This document shows positions 1 through 7,604 of a stretch of 32,000 nt of DNA, piece after piece (the stretch's first letter is position 1; the number at the start of each line of letters is the position of its first letter). The position numbers and the translations under genes are program-made. Origin of the DNA: Patescibacteria group bacterium (GTDB lineage Bacteria > Patescibacteriota > Patescibacteriia > 2-01-FULL-39-33); the NCBI GenBank assembly GCA_041649575.1, contig JBAZMW010000001.1, positions 30,001-62,000 of the forward strand. The letters run 5' to 3'. The notes beneath the pieces were generated by a model, which saw only the letters and a program-made list of their open reading frames with translations, was not told the origin of the DNA and did no database searches.

Positions 1-908
1 TCATTAGTGGCGAATAAAGTTTCCTTTAGTTCGCCAAAAACATTATAAACCCTTGCCAAGACCTGCTTCTTTTTTACCACTTGCCCCGGCTTGACTATAA
101 AACGGATAATGCCGGAAGTAGAGACAACCGGCTGGTGGGAGTATTTTAAAATTTTATTTCTTAATTTTGGCGGTATGGAGAAGCCAAGGTTGTTGTCGGA
201 TTCCTTGCTCATACCCAATTCTTTTAGTAATTTGAAAATAGACTTAACTCCCTCGGCGACGATTTTTTCGTCAATAGTGTAGGCGCCACCCAGCTCAATA
301 GTCAGGGCCGGTATATTTTCTCTAATCAAGCTTCCAGAGAGAGTTTTTTTTAAAATTTTGTCTTCTTCCGGATCTTTGCCCTCATCAATAACCAAAAAAC
401 CAGTATGCAAGCTTAATTTTTTTGTTTTTTCGTAAGCTTCTCTATACTTATTCCCCGGGTAGGGATCGATGATGGTGTAAGGGATCGACTGAAGCCAGTC
501 GTTGTGCAGATCCAAAACCAAGTTGGGCTTGGTTTTTAAAATAGTGGTAAAAATTTTGTCGGTAATCCTTTCAACCAGAGAGCCATTTTTATCGCCGGGA
601 AAAGAGCGGTTCAAGTCTTCTTGCACCACTCCCAGATTGCGAGAAACCATTTCAAAGCCCACCGGGTTCATTAAAGGAAAAGCAAAAAGAGATCCCCTGA
701 GCAGCGGTCTGTTTTTTATTTTTTTGAAAACTTCCTGAATAACAGCGATGCCGCCCACTTCGTCTCCATGAATGCAACCGGTAAGCCAGACAACCGGTCC
801 GGGATTTTTGCTTTTGGCCGACATTAAAGCCAGGCGCCTGTAAGATAAATCGGAGCCAGTTAGTATTTTAATAAAAGAATGGTTTATTTTTTGCTTAGTT
901 TTTTTCAT
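1..908 (-). CDS. Succinylglutamate desuccinylase/aspartoacylase-like (M14 superfamily) zinc carboxypeptidase, partial (C-terminus beyond left edge)
   Basis: Not in the ORF track because it lacks a stop within the window. Reverse complement from ATG at 908 reads MKKTKQKINHSFIKILTGSDLSYRRLALMSAKSKNPGPVVWLTGCIHGDEVGG..., then ...LNRSFPGDK...LVLDLHND..., with Zn-ligand style HGDE and LDLH motifs. It ends in a desuccinylase-like C-terminal segment (IIRFIVKPGQVVKKKQVLARVYN). Confidence 0.85.
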   Translation of the reverse strand, partial: MKKTKQKINHSFIKILTGSDLSYRRLALMSAKSKNPGPVVWLTGCIHGDEVGGIAVIQEVFKKIKNRPLLRGSLFAFPLMNPVGFEMVSRNLGVVQEDLNRSFPGDKNGSLVERITDKIFTTILKTKPNLVLDLHNDWLQSIPYTIIDPYPGNKYREAYEKTKKLSLHTGFLVIDEGKDPEEDKILKKTLSGSLIRENIPALTIELGGAYTIDEKIVAEGVKSIFKLLKELGMSKESDNNLGFSIPPKLRNKILKYSHQPVVSTSGIIRFIVKPGQVVKKKQVLARVYNVFGELKETLFATN

Positions 909-1020
909 AAGATTTGTCTTTAATAGTAGCATTTTTTGCTATTTTTGTCCAGAACTTCAGCTAAAGTTGAAAAAAACAAATTTTTATGGTAATTTTAAAA
1001 ACATAACGGTTAATTTTACT

Positions 1021-4000
1021 ATGTCTACTTATAAAGAGTTTTTAGATGGTGACGGTGAAAAGAAGTGGCAAGACTATTGGGAGCAAAAAAAATTATTTGC
1101 GGCCAATGATTTTGACGACCGGCCCAAGTATTATGCCTTGATAGAATTTCCTTATCCTTCGGCCGAGGGTTTGCACGTAGGTCATCCGCGCAGTTATACC
1201 GCGCTTGATATTGTGGCTAGAAAAAGACGGATGCAGGGTTTTAATGTGCTATACCCAATTGGTTTTGACGCTTTTGGACTACCGGCAGAAAATTTTGCTA
1301 TCAAAACCGGGACCCATCCGAAAATTCAAACCGATAAGAATATCGACAATTACCGTCGACAACTCAAATCGATCGGTTTTTCTTTTGATTGGGACAGGGA
1401 AGTCAATACGACCGATCCCAAGTATTACAAATGGACGCAGTGGATTTTTTTACAGCTGTTCAAACACGGCTTGGCTTACAAAGCGGAAGTGCCGATTAAT
1501 TTTTGTACCTCTTGCAAGGTAGGTTTAGCAAATGAGGAAGTGGTGGGTGGTAATTGCGAACGTTGTGGCGGTGAGGTGGTCAAAAAGATTAAAAGCCAGT
1601 GGATGCTAAAAATCACCGACTATGCCCAGCGGTTGGACAAAGATTTAGACCAGGTAGATTTTTTGGAAAAAATAAAAATTCAGCAACGGAATTGGATTGG
1701 CAAGAGCGAAGGAGCGGAAGTTGATTTTGCAATTAGTGGTAGTGAGGAAAAAATAAAAGTCTATACTACTCGGCCGGACACTTTGTTTGGCGCGACCTAC
1801 ATGGTGCTTTCTCCAGAGCACGAGCTGGTACAAAAATTAAAGGATAAAATTAGCAATTTTCAGGAGGTCGAAAATTATCTTAGTGAGGCGGCCAAGAAAT
1901 CTGATTTGGAACGCACTGAACTCAACAAAGAAAAAACCGGCGTGGAGTTAAAAGGAATTAAGGCGATAAACCCAGTTAATAATGAAGAGATTCCGATTTG
2001 GATTTCCGACTATGTGTTGGCCGGTTATGGCACGGGAGCGATTATGGCTGTGCCGGCACATGATGAGAGAGACTTTTTATTTGCTTTGAAATATAATTTG
2101 CCGATTATCCAAGTTGTTGAATCATCAGATAAACAAGATGTTATTAATATTAATATTCATGATGATGATCGGAGCGACACGGTTGAAAAACTAAGATTGT
2201 TGGCAATAGATAGTGAGCCAGTGGCACCGACTATACGGCGGTATCATTTTTCCACTGAAAAACTAAATTCTTTAATGGATATTTTAAAAGGTAATAAGGT
2301 GGGGAAAGAAGATGATTATAAGTTGATAAAAAAAGCAGTTAATTTTACTTTATATACAATCGAAGATAAGACGGAGATCGTTTTTACAAAAATATTTACC
2401 GGTGATGGAGTACATATAAATTCTGATTTTTTAAACGGCTTGGGTCTGACAGATTCCCTGGCCGAGATTATAAATTGGTTGGAAAAAAATAAATGTGGTA
2501 AAGGCGCTACTATTTACAAACTGCGTGACTGGGTATTTTCTCGCCAGCGTTATTGGGGCGAACCGATTCCTTTGGTCTTTTGCGAAAACTGCAAGAACAA
2601 GAAACAGAAGGCGTTGCTAATTCACGGTTTTGAGGGCACGGGTGATGGCAATTGGTTTGCTTGGATTAAACAAGAATTAGAGAAAGCTGGTTTTGAGGTA
2701 TTCAACCCGACGATGACCACCTCGGAGCATCCGGTGTTGGAGCAATGGTTTGAGGAATTAATGCCGTTTGTCGAGCAGATGGGCGAAGATGATATCATCG
2801 TCGGTCACAGCTTGGGCGCTAAGGCGGCTTTGCATTTGATAGAGAAAGCGGGCAAGAAGTTTAAGGCCTTGTATTTAGTGGCGCCGGTGCTAAATGCGGC
2901 TTCTGACAAGGAATATGATTTATTATCTGAAAAATGGCAGGGCTCGGACATTGATTTATTAAAAAAGTTTTCTTCGGAGCCGTATGATTTCAGAAAGATC
3001 AGTGATTTAGTAGAAAGTAAAAATGTTATTTTTTCCGATGATGATCCGTATATAAGAGTTGAGTCAAAAAATATTTTGCCGGCTGGTTGGAATAGACAAG
3101 TGTGGAATGGTTTTGGGCATTTTCAGAATAAAGAGATTTCCGAGTTGTTAAATTTAATTTCCAAGAGCAAAAATACCGGCTGGGTGGCTTTGCCGGAAAT
3201 AGAGTTGCCGTTGGTTTTGCCGGAAATAAAAGAATTTCAGGCTGGCGACGACGGCGAGTCGCCATTATCCAAAGAAACAAAATGGGTGGCAACCACTTGT
3301 CTGAAGTGTGGCGGATCGGCCAAGCGGGAGACCGACACTATGCCACAATGGGCGGGCAGCTCTTGGTATTTTTTGCGCTACATCGATCCGCAAAATAATG
3401 TGGCTTTTGCCGATGAGAAAAAGCTTAGTTATTGGACACCAATAGATTGGTATAATGGCGGCATGGAGCATACGACCCTACATTTGTTGTATTCTAGATT
3501 TTGGCACAAATTCTTGTTCGACTTAGGATATGCGCCGACAGCTGAGCCTTATGCCAAGCGTACTAGTCACGGCATGGTTTTGGGCGAGGGTAGCGAGAAG
3601 ATGAGTAAGAGCCGCGGCAATGTGGTCAATCCTGATCAGGTGATCAAGGATTGTGGCGCCGATACTCTAAGAATGTATGAGATGTTCATGGGCCCATTTG
3701 ATCAGGCGATTCCCTGGGACACTAAGGGCGTGCTGGGCGTGAGAAGGTTTTTAGAAAAAGTGTGGTTGTTTTTTGGCGATGAGAAAAATATTACTAAAGA
3801 GGCTGATGAGGAGCTAGAAAGAGTGTTAAATAAAACAATTAAAAAAGTAGGCGAGGATATTGAGACGATGCATTTTAATACCGCTGTTTCAGCGATGATG
3901 ATTCTCGTCAATAAAATAACGGAGAAGAAGTCGGCGACTAAAGAAATTTTGGAAAAATTTCTGATAATATTGTCGCCATTTGCACCGCATTTGACGGAAG

Positions 4001-4269
4001 AACTGTGGGGCCGACTAGGACATCAGAATAGTATCGCTTTGGAAAAGTGGCCGGCTTATGACAAAGTGTTAATAAAAGATGAGCAAGTGGAAATAGTGGT
4101 GCAAGTCAATGGTAAGGTAAGAGCTAAAATTTTGGTGTCGGCCGATATTTCGGAGGGTGAAGTAGTGGAGTTGGCTGGGCAGAATGAGAATGTTAAAAAA
4201 TATTTGGAAGGGCAGCAAATTAAGAAAACGGTCTTTGTGCCGGGCAAATTGATTAGTTTTGTGGTTTAA
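1021..4269 (+). CDS. leuS: Leucyl-tRNA synthetase with an inserted alpha/beta hydrolase domain (track ORF begins at TTG 967; ATG 1021 is the more likely start)
   Basis: Class Ia signatures HVGHPRSY (HIGH equivalent) and KMSKSRGN; editing-domain TTRPDTLFGATYMVLSPEH and GYGTGAIMAVPAHDERDF; LRDWVFSRQRYWGEPIP; ETDTMPQWAGSSWYFLRY; C-terminal anticodon-binding region VQVNGKVRAKI. Confidence 0.97.
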   Translation: MSTYKEFLDGDGEKKWQDYWEQKKLFAANDFDDRPKYYALIEFPYPSAEGLHVGHPRSYTALDIVARKRRMQGFNVLYPIGFDAFGLPAENFAIKTGTHPKIQTDKNIDNYRRQLKSIGFSFDWDREVNTTDPKYYKWTQWIFLQLFKHGLAYKAEVPINFCTSCKVGLANEEVVGGNCERCGGEVVKKIKSQWMLKITDYAQRLDKDLDQVDFLEKIKIQQRNWIGKSEGAEVDFAISGSEEKIKVYTTRPDTLFGATYMVLSPEHELVQKLKDKISNFQEVENYLSEAAKKSDLERTELNKEKTGVELKGIKAINPVNNEEIPIWISDYVLAGYGTGAIMAVPAHDERDFLFALKYNLPIIQVVESSDKQDVININIHDDDRSDTVEKLRLLAIDSEPVAPTIRRYHFSTEKLNSLMDILKGNKVGKEDDYKLIKKAVNFTLYTIEDKTEIVFTKIFTGDGVHINSDFLNGLGLTDSLAEIINWLEKNKCGKGATIYKLRDWVFSRQRYWGEPIPLVFCENCKNKKQKALLIHGFEGTGDGNWFAWIKQELEKAGFEVFNPTMTTSEHPVLEQWFEELMPFVEQMGEDDIIVGHSLGAKAALHLIEKAGKKFKALYLVAPVLNAASDKEYDLLSEKWQGSDIDLLKKFSSEPYDFRKISDLVESKNVIFSDDDPYIRVESKNILPAGWNRQVWNGFGHFQNKEISELLNLISKSKNTGWVALPEIELPLVLPEIKEFQAGDDGESPLSKETKWVATTCLKCGGSAKRETDTMPQWAGSSWYFLRYIDPQNNVAFADEKKLSYWTPIDWYNGGMEHTTLHLLYSRFWHKFLFDLGYAPTAEPYAKRTSHGMVLGEGSEKMSKSRGNVVNPDQVIKDCGADTLRMYEMFMGPFDQAIPWDTKGVLGVRRFLEKVWLFFGDEKNITKEADEELERVLNKTIKKVGEDIETMHFNTAVSAMMILVNKITEKKSATKEILEKFLIILSPFAPHLTEELWGRLGHQNSIALEKWPAYDKVLIKDEQVEIVVQVNGKVRAKILVSADISEGEVVELAGQNENVKKYLEGQQIKKTVFVPGKLISFVV
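2605..3180 (+). other. RBBP9/YdeN-like serine hydrolase domain inserted inside LeuRS
   Basis: KALLIHGFEGTGDGNWFAWIKQELEKAGFEVFNPTM...VGHSLGAKAALHL...FSDDDPYIRVES...GFGHFQNKE, i.e. nucleophile GHSLG, acid DDDPY and histidine GHF. It lies between LeuRS segments GEPIPLVFCENCKNKK and GWVALPEIELPLVLPEI, which are close together in canonical bacterial LeuRS. Confidence 0.9.
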
Positions 4270-4291
4270 AATTAAATTTTTTAAAAATAAA

Positions 4292-4323
4292 GCGCGTTTG
4301 CCATCCTCCGGTGGCAAACGCGC
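4292..4323 (-). terminator. Intrinsic terminator between convergent genes (best for the minus-strand operon)
   Basis: Perfect 12-bp arms GCGCGTTTGCCA (4292-4303) and TGGCAAACGCGC (4312-4323) with an 8-nt loop. On the minus strand the stem is followed by TTTATTTTTAAAAAA. Confidence 0.8.
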
Positions 4324-4359
4324 GTTTAAGTTTATAGTACAGGTTGGGTAAAGAGCTGG

Positions 4360-5415
4360 TCAGAACCGAAGCAGGAACTGAAGCTGGCCTTGATCTGGCG
4401 TCTTCGGCTCCAGCGACCAGTAGTAGCCGGCCTTGACTGACACGATGTCCCGATAGAGGAAGACCTCTGCGGTGGCCCCGATGCTGGTGTCGGTTTTGTC
4501 CGGGCTGTTTCTGGCTACCTCGGCAGAAGTCACCTGGCCGTTCTTGCCGACGGAGGTCACGATTTCCGTCCAGTACTTGGGCAGCTGTCGGTTATACATC
4601 GCGATTCCAGACAGTTTGGCTTGGCCGTCAAACAGCTCGCGGCCAAGCAGTAGGTAGCCGCCGACTTGATTGCTGATGTGGTCGTCGCTGTAGTTGGAGC
4701 CGTCCACCTCTACGCGGCAGAACCAGGGCTTGGGTCGCCACTCGAGGAAGCCGCCAAGTTTCAGGAAGTCGTCGCAGACCTGTCCGGTGATGCCCAAGCA
4801 GCCTTGATCCAGTTTGCGTTTGAGCATGAATGACGACTCCAGGCGATCAAACAGCTTGGAGCTGTCGAAGGCCTCACCTGATCGGCCGGTGACATCCCAT
4901 AGCGCGGTCCAGACATCGCTTTCCCAGCGTAGTTGGACACCAGGAGCGTAGCTGCTGAAGGGGATCGAGGCGGGAAAGAAGGGCAAGTCCCACTTGAATG
5001 GTCCGATGATGGGGTTGCCGAAGCCGCAGGCTAGCGTAAAAAGTCCGCCGCGTAGTTTCAGCCGGCCATCAAAGCCGATTGGCGTTTCCAGCCAGGCTTC
5101 GCGCAACCAATTGCCGCTGGTGTCTTCCTGCAAGTCGGCTAGCTCCAGTACCAGGCCGAAGGCCATCTGGCGGCCTTGGAGCTTGGTGTTGATGCGGGTC
5201 ATCTGCCAAACAGCGTCGGTGGCGTTGTCTTGTAGTTTGATGACCCCGCTAGTCCAGCCCCAGGTGGTCCAGGTCCAGTCGTCGTCCAGTTGAACGGGCG
5301 GAATCAGCCGGAGCTGTTCGGGCAGGTTCTGGGTTGGCGCTTTGGCGGCTTCCTCGGCCCAGACCGGTAGGGTTATTGTAACTGCCAAGATCGAAATCAT
5401 TCTCACGTACTTCAT
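4360..5415 (-). CDS. Putative outer-membrane beta-barrel / porin-like protein with signal peptide
   Basis: 351 aa; N-terminal signal peptide MKYVRMISILAVTITLPVWAEE; aromatic-rich alternating strands; C-terminus ...PDQGQLQFLLRF ending in Phe (OMP beta-signal style); strong SD AGAAGGAG upstream of ATG 5415; local GC clearly higher than neighbouring genes. Confidence 0.6.
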   Translation of the reverse strand: MKYVRMISILAVTITLPVWAEEAAKAPTQNLPEQLRLIPPVQLDDDWTWTTWGWTSGVIKLQDNATDAVWQMTRINTKLQGRQMAFGLVLELADLQEDTSGNWLREAWLETPIGFDGRLKLRGGLFTLACGFGNPIIGPFKWDLPFFPASIPFSSYAPGVQLRWESDVWTALWDVTGRSGEAFDSSKLFDRLESSFMLKRKLDQGCLGITGQVCDDFLKLGGFLEWRPKPWFCRVEVDGSNYSDDHISNQVGGYLLLGRELFDGQAKLSGIAMYNRQLPKYWTEIVTSVGKNGQVTSAEVARNSPDKTDTSIGATAEVFLYRDIVSVKAGYYWSLEPKTPDQGQLQFLLRF

Positions 5416-5942
5416 GGCGCTTCTCCTTCTTTGGTTAAGGCTCGAGCTATAACTCTAACAACCCTCTGAGCCAGCATATATTCTGAGCAGCTAACCCAGA
5501 GGCTATCGGCAACGATGATGTTACTGCCATTTCCGACCAGCTGGAAGCTTAGTTGTATTCCTCCGTGCTGATATTGCGAGGTGCCAGTTATCAGCTTGGC
5601 ATTCACTGGCAAGGTTGTACGGTTTTCCCAGAGATCATTGGCCTCTTTGTCGTTGAGGTAGGAGACTTCGGCGTTGGCCTCTCTCAACTGATTGATGATT
5701 GCTGTCTCGACAGCTTTCGCCGTCTCATGTTGCGGGTCGCTCTCATTGCTGGCTCGGATTACCACCAAGAACTGCTGACCCTTTAGAGCGGCGAGTTGGC
5801 GTTCTTCTATTCTGGCCTGCTGGCAGTGGGCTTCATACAGGCAGTAGGCCAAATACCCGATACCCACCACAGCCGCGCTGGCTAGGATAGCGCCCAGTGT
5901 CGCAGCACTACCTAGCAGCATCCATTTGTATTTCTGGTTCAT
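5412..5942 (-). CDS. Hypothetical protein with N-terminal transmembrane segment (track start 5978; 5942 preferred)
   Basis: MNQKYKWMLLGSAATLGAILASAAVVGIGYLAYCLYE... has a TM helix or signal anchor. GAGGGAGAG SD precedes ATG 5942. The stop overlaps the downstream gene start (ATGA), indicating translational coupling. Fold 'FLVVIRASNESDPQHETAKAVETAIINQLREANAEVSYL' has no recognised family. Confidence 0.7.
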   Translation of the reverse strand: MNQKYKWMLLGSAATLGAILASAAVVGIGYLAYCLYEAHCQQARIEERQLAALKGQQFLVVIRASNESDPQHETAKAVETAIINQLREANAEVSYLNDKEANDLWENRTTLPVNAKLITGTSQYQHGGIQLSFQLVGNGSNIIVADSLWVSCSEYMLAQRVVRVIARALTKEGEAP

Positions 5943-5983
5943 GATTCTGTCTCTCCCTCGGGTTTTCAAGGTTCGCACCCTAG

Positions 5984-6019
5984 TTGTCTTTCCGAGACAA
6001 GTTTACCGCCATGGTAAAC
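5984..6019. promoter_or_regulatory. Two adjacent perfect dyads at/near the predicted +1 of the OMP operon
   Basis: TTGTCT-TTCCG-AGACAA (5984-6000) immediately followed by GTTTACC-GCCAT-GGTAAAC (6001-6019). Confidence 0.6.
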
Positions 6020-6024
6020 GGCTA

Positions 6025-6053
6025 ATTCTAACAAGGCGATAAAAAACTGTCAA
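6025..6053 (-). promoter_or_regulatory. Sigma70-like promoter for the minus-strand OMP operon
   Basis: On the minus strand: TTGACA (6053-6048), 17-nt spacer, TAGAAT (6030-6025). Confidence 0.7.
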
Positions 6054-6057
6054 TCTG

Positions 6058-6086
6058 TTGACGAAAATCGACAACTATGATATATT
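6058..6086 (+). promoter_or_regulatory. Sigma70-like promoter for the TrmB-like regulator gene
   Basis: TTGACG (6058-6063), 17-nt spacer, TATATT (6081-6086); CDS starts at 6114. Confidence 0.7.
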
Positions 6087-6113
6087 GAGTATAGAAAATT
6101 TTAAATTAGATCT

Positions 6114-6917
6114 ATGTTGCAAGATATCCTAAAAAATTTAGACATTCCTGAAACCACTAGTCGGGTTTATCTTCGGCTTTTGGAAAACGGCGCCAGTTCC
6201 GCCCGGCAACTGGCGGAAAATCTTAATATTCCCAGGCCGTCAATTTATGACAATTTAAGAGTTTTAATTAGCTTAGGACTGGTGACGGAAATTGACCAAG
6301 AAAATAAAAAGTTATTCAAAGTAGATGATATAAAAAACCTCTCACATTTACTGATTGGCAAAATTTCTAATTTGCAAAAGCAGGAGAAGGAGCTTAAAGG
6401 AATTATTCCCAAACTAAGTGTTTCCAACGATTATTTTGAACCAAAAATTAAATTCTATAGCGGGCCGGACGGCGTACGGCGAGCGGTTAATGATATTTTG
6501 TGGTATGAAGATATTATAACTTTGTGCACCTGGCCTATCAGTGAAATGCTCGAGGTCTTGGGCGCGGATTGGCTGGCCGAGCATAATAAAAAAAGAATCC
6601 GCAAAAAAATTGCTCTGCGCACCATTTGGCCATCAGATAAAGCTGTTAAATTCAAGCAGTATCCTTTTTTGGGTGTCGGCAAGGAGTTCTTGCGCGAGAT
6701 TCGACTGGCGCCCAAGGGCATGAGTTGGAATATGGGTTATTGGCTTTACGCCGACAAGGTTTCTTTTATTTCTTCGCGTAAAGAGAGTTTTGGTTTTACA
6801 GTCACCAGTCGCGATTTTACCGAGCTGATAAAATCGCAGTTTGAACTGGTCTGGCCGCTGTGCAAAAAAGTGGTGGTCGACCCCAAAGACACAGCCTCGT
6901 TTTTGAAATATATCTAA
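6114..6917 (+). CDS. TrmB family transcriptional regulator
   Basis: N-terminal winged-helix MLQDILKNLDIPETTSRVYLRLLENGASSARQLAENLNIPRPSIYDNLRVLISLGLVTEI plus a PLD-like sensor region (FEPKIKFYSGPDGVRRAVNDILWYEDII). Confidence 0.85.
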   Translation: MLQDILKNLDIPETTSRVYLRLLENGASSARQLAENLNIPRPSIYDNLRVLISLGLVTEIDQENKKLFKVDDIKNLSHLLIGKISNLQKQEKELKGIIPKLSVSNDYFEPKIKFYSGPDGVRRAVNDILWYEDIITLCTWPISEMLEVLGADWLAEHNKKRIRKKIALRTIWPSDKAVKFKQYPFLGVGKEFLREIRLAPKGMSWNMGYWLYADKVSFISSRKESFGFTVTSRDFTELIKSQFELVWPLCKKVVVDPKDTASFLKYI

Positions 6918-6980
6918 AACTTTATTTTTCAGACCGGTTTTGCTATAATTCATCTCAATATTAATAAATTAAAAAAATCT

Positions 6981-7556
6981 ATGAAAAAAGGGTTGATAAT
7001 TTTGGTTGTCGTAATTGTCGTGTTGGTGGCGGTAGTCGGCTATTTGTGGTCGGCTTACAATAAAATGGTTGTCGCCAACGAATCAATCGACGGCCAGTGG
7101 GCGCAAGTAGAGACACAATATCAAAGGCGTTTGGATTTGATTCCTAATTTAGTGGAATCGGTCAAGGGCATTATGACTCAAGAACAGCAAGTTTTCGGCG
7201 ATTTGGCCGAGGCCAGGACCAAATATGCCGGCGCGGTGACTGTAGATCAAAAGGCGGCGGCGGCCACTCAAGTGGAAAGCGCTTTGGGACGACTGCTGGT
7301 GATAGTGGAAAATTACCCGCAGCTCAAATCGGCAGAAAATGTGCAAACACTGATGGTTCAGCTGGAGGGGACGGAAAATCGGGTGAGCGTGGAGCGTGGA
7401 CGATTCAATGATTTGGTAAAAAATTACAACATCTTAATCAAACGTATTCCAGAAAAATGGCTGGCCGGCATGTTCGGTTTTGGCGAGCGGCAATATTTTG
7501 AAGCAGCAGCCGGCGCCGAGAATGCGCCAAGCGTAAACTTAAATATCAATCAATAA
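6981..7556 (+). CDS. lemA: LemA family protein
   Basis: MKKGLIILVVVIVVLVAVVGYLWSAYNKMVVANESIDGQWAQVETQYQRRLDLIPNLVESVKG... followed by ALGRLLVIVENYPQLKSAENVQTLMVQLEGTENRVSVERGRFNDLVKNYN is the canonical LemA pattern. Confidence 0.95.
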   Translation: MKKGLIILVVVIVVLVAVVGYLWSAYNKMVVANESIDGQWAQVETQYQRRLDLIPNLVESVKGIMTQEQQVFGDLAEARTKYAGAVTVDQKAAAATQVESALGRLLVIVENYPQLKSAENVQTLMVQLEGTENRVSVERGRFNDLVKNYNILIKRIPEKWLAGMFGFGERQYFEAAAGAENAPSVNLNINQ

Positions 7557-7566
7557 TAAAGAAGCT

Positions 7567-7595
7567 TTAAAGCCGTAGCCGCGCTACGGCTTTAA
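7567..7595. other. Perfect intergenic hairpin between lemA and the TPM-domain gene
   Basis: TTAAAGCCGTAGC (7567-7579) - CGC - GCTACGGCTTTAA (7583-7595); 13-bp stem, 3-nt loop, no strong T-tract. Confidence 0.75.
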
Positions 7596-7604
7596 CTTTA
7601 GCTT

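Noticed and set aside
502-738. 78-aa plus-strand ORF at the left edge (and 91..282 +)
   Set aside because: Antisense to the partial desuccinylase/aspartoacylase-like gene on the minus strand, which has clear motifs; no independent coding support.
5553-5890. Plus-strand ORFs opposite the GC-rich operon (4472..4657, 4994..5293, 5553..5786, 5699..5890)
   Set aside because: Shadow ORFs of the GC-rich minus-strand genes, which have signal peptide/TM segments, SD sequences and an ATGA coupling.
6021-6045. Integron attC-like core (TTCTAACAAGGCG) flanking the foreign-looking cassette
   Set aside because: Only a short core-like match; no paired folded attC structure or integrase. The sequence is better explained as the -10 and spacer of the minus-strand promoter.
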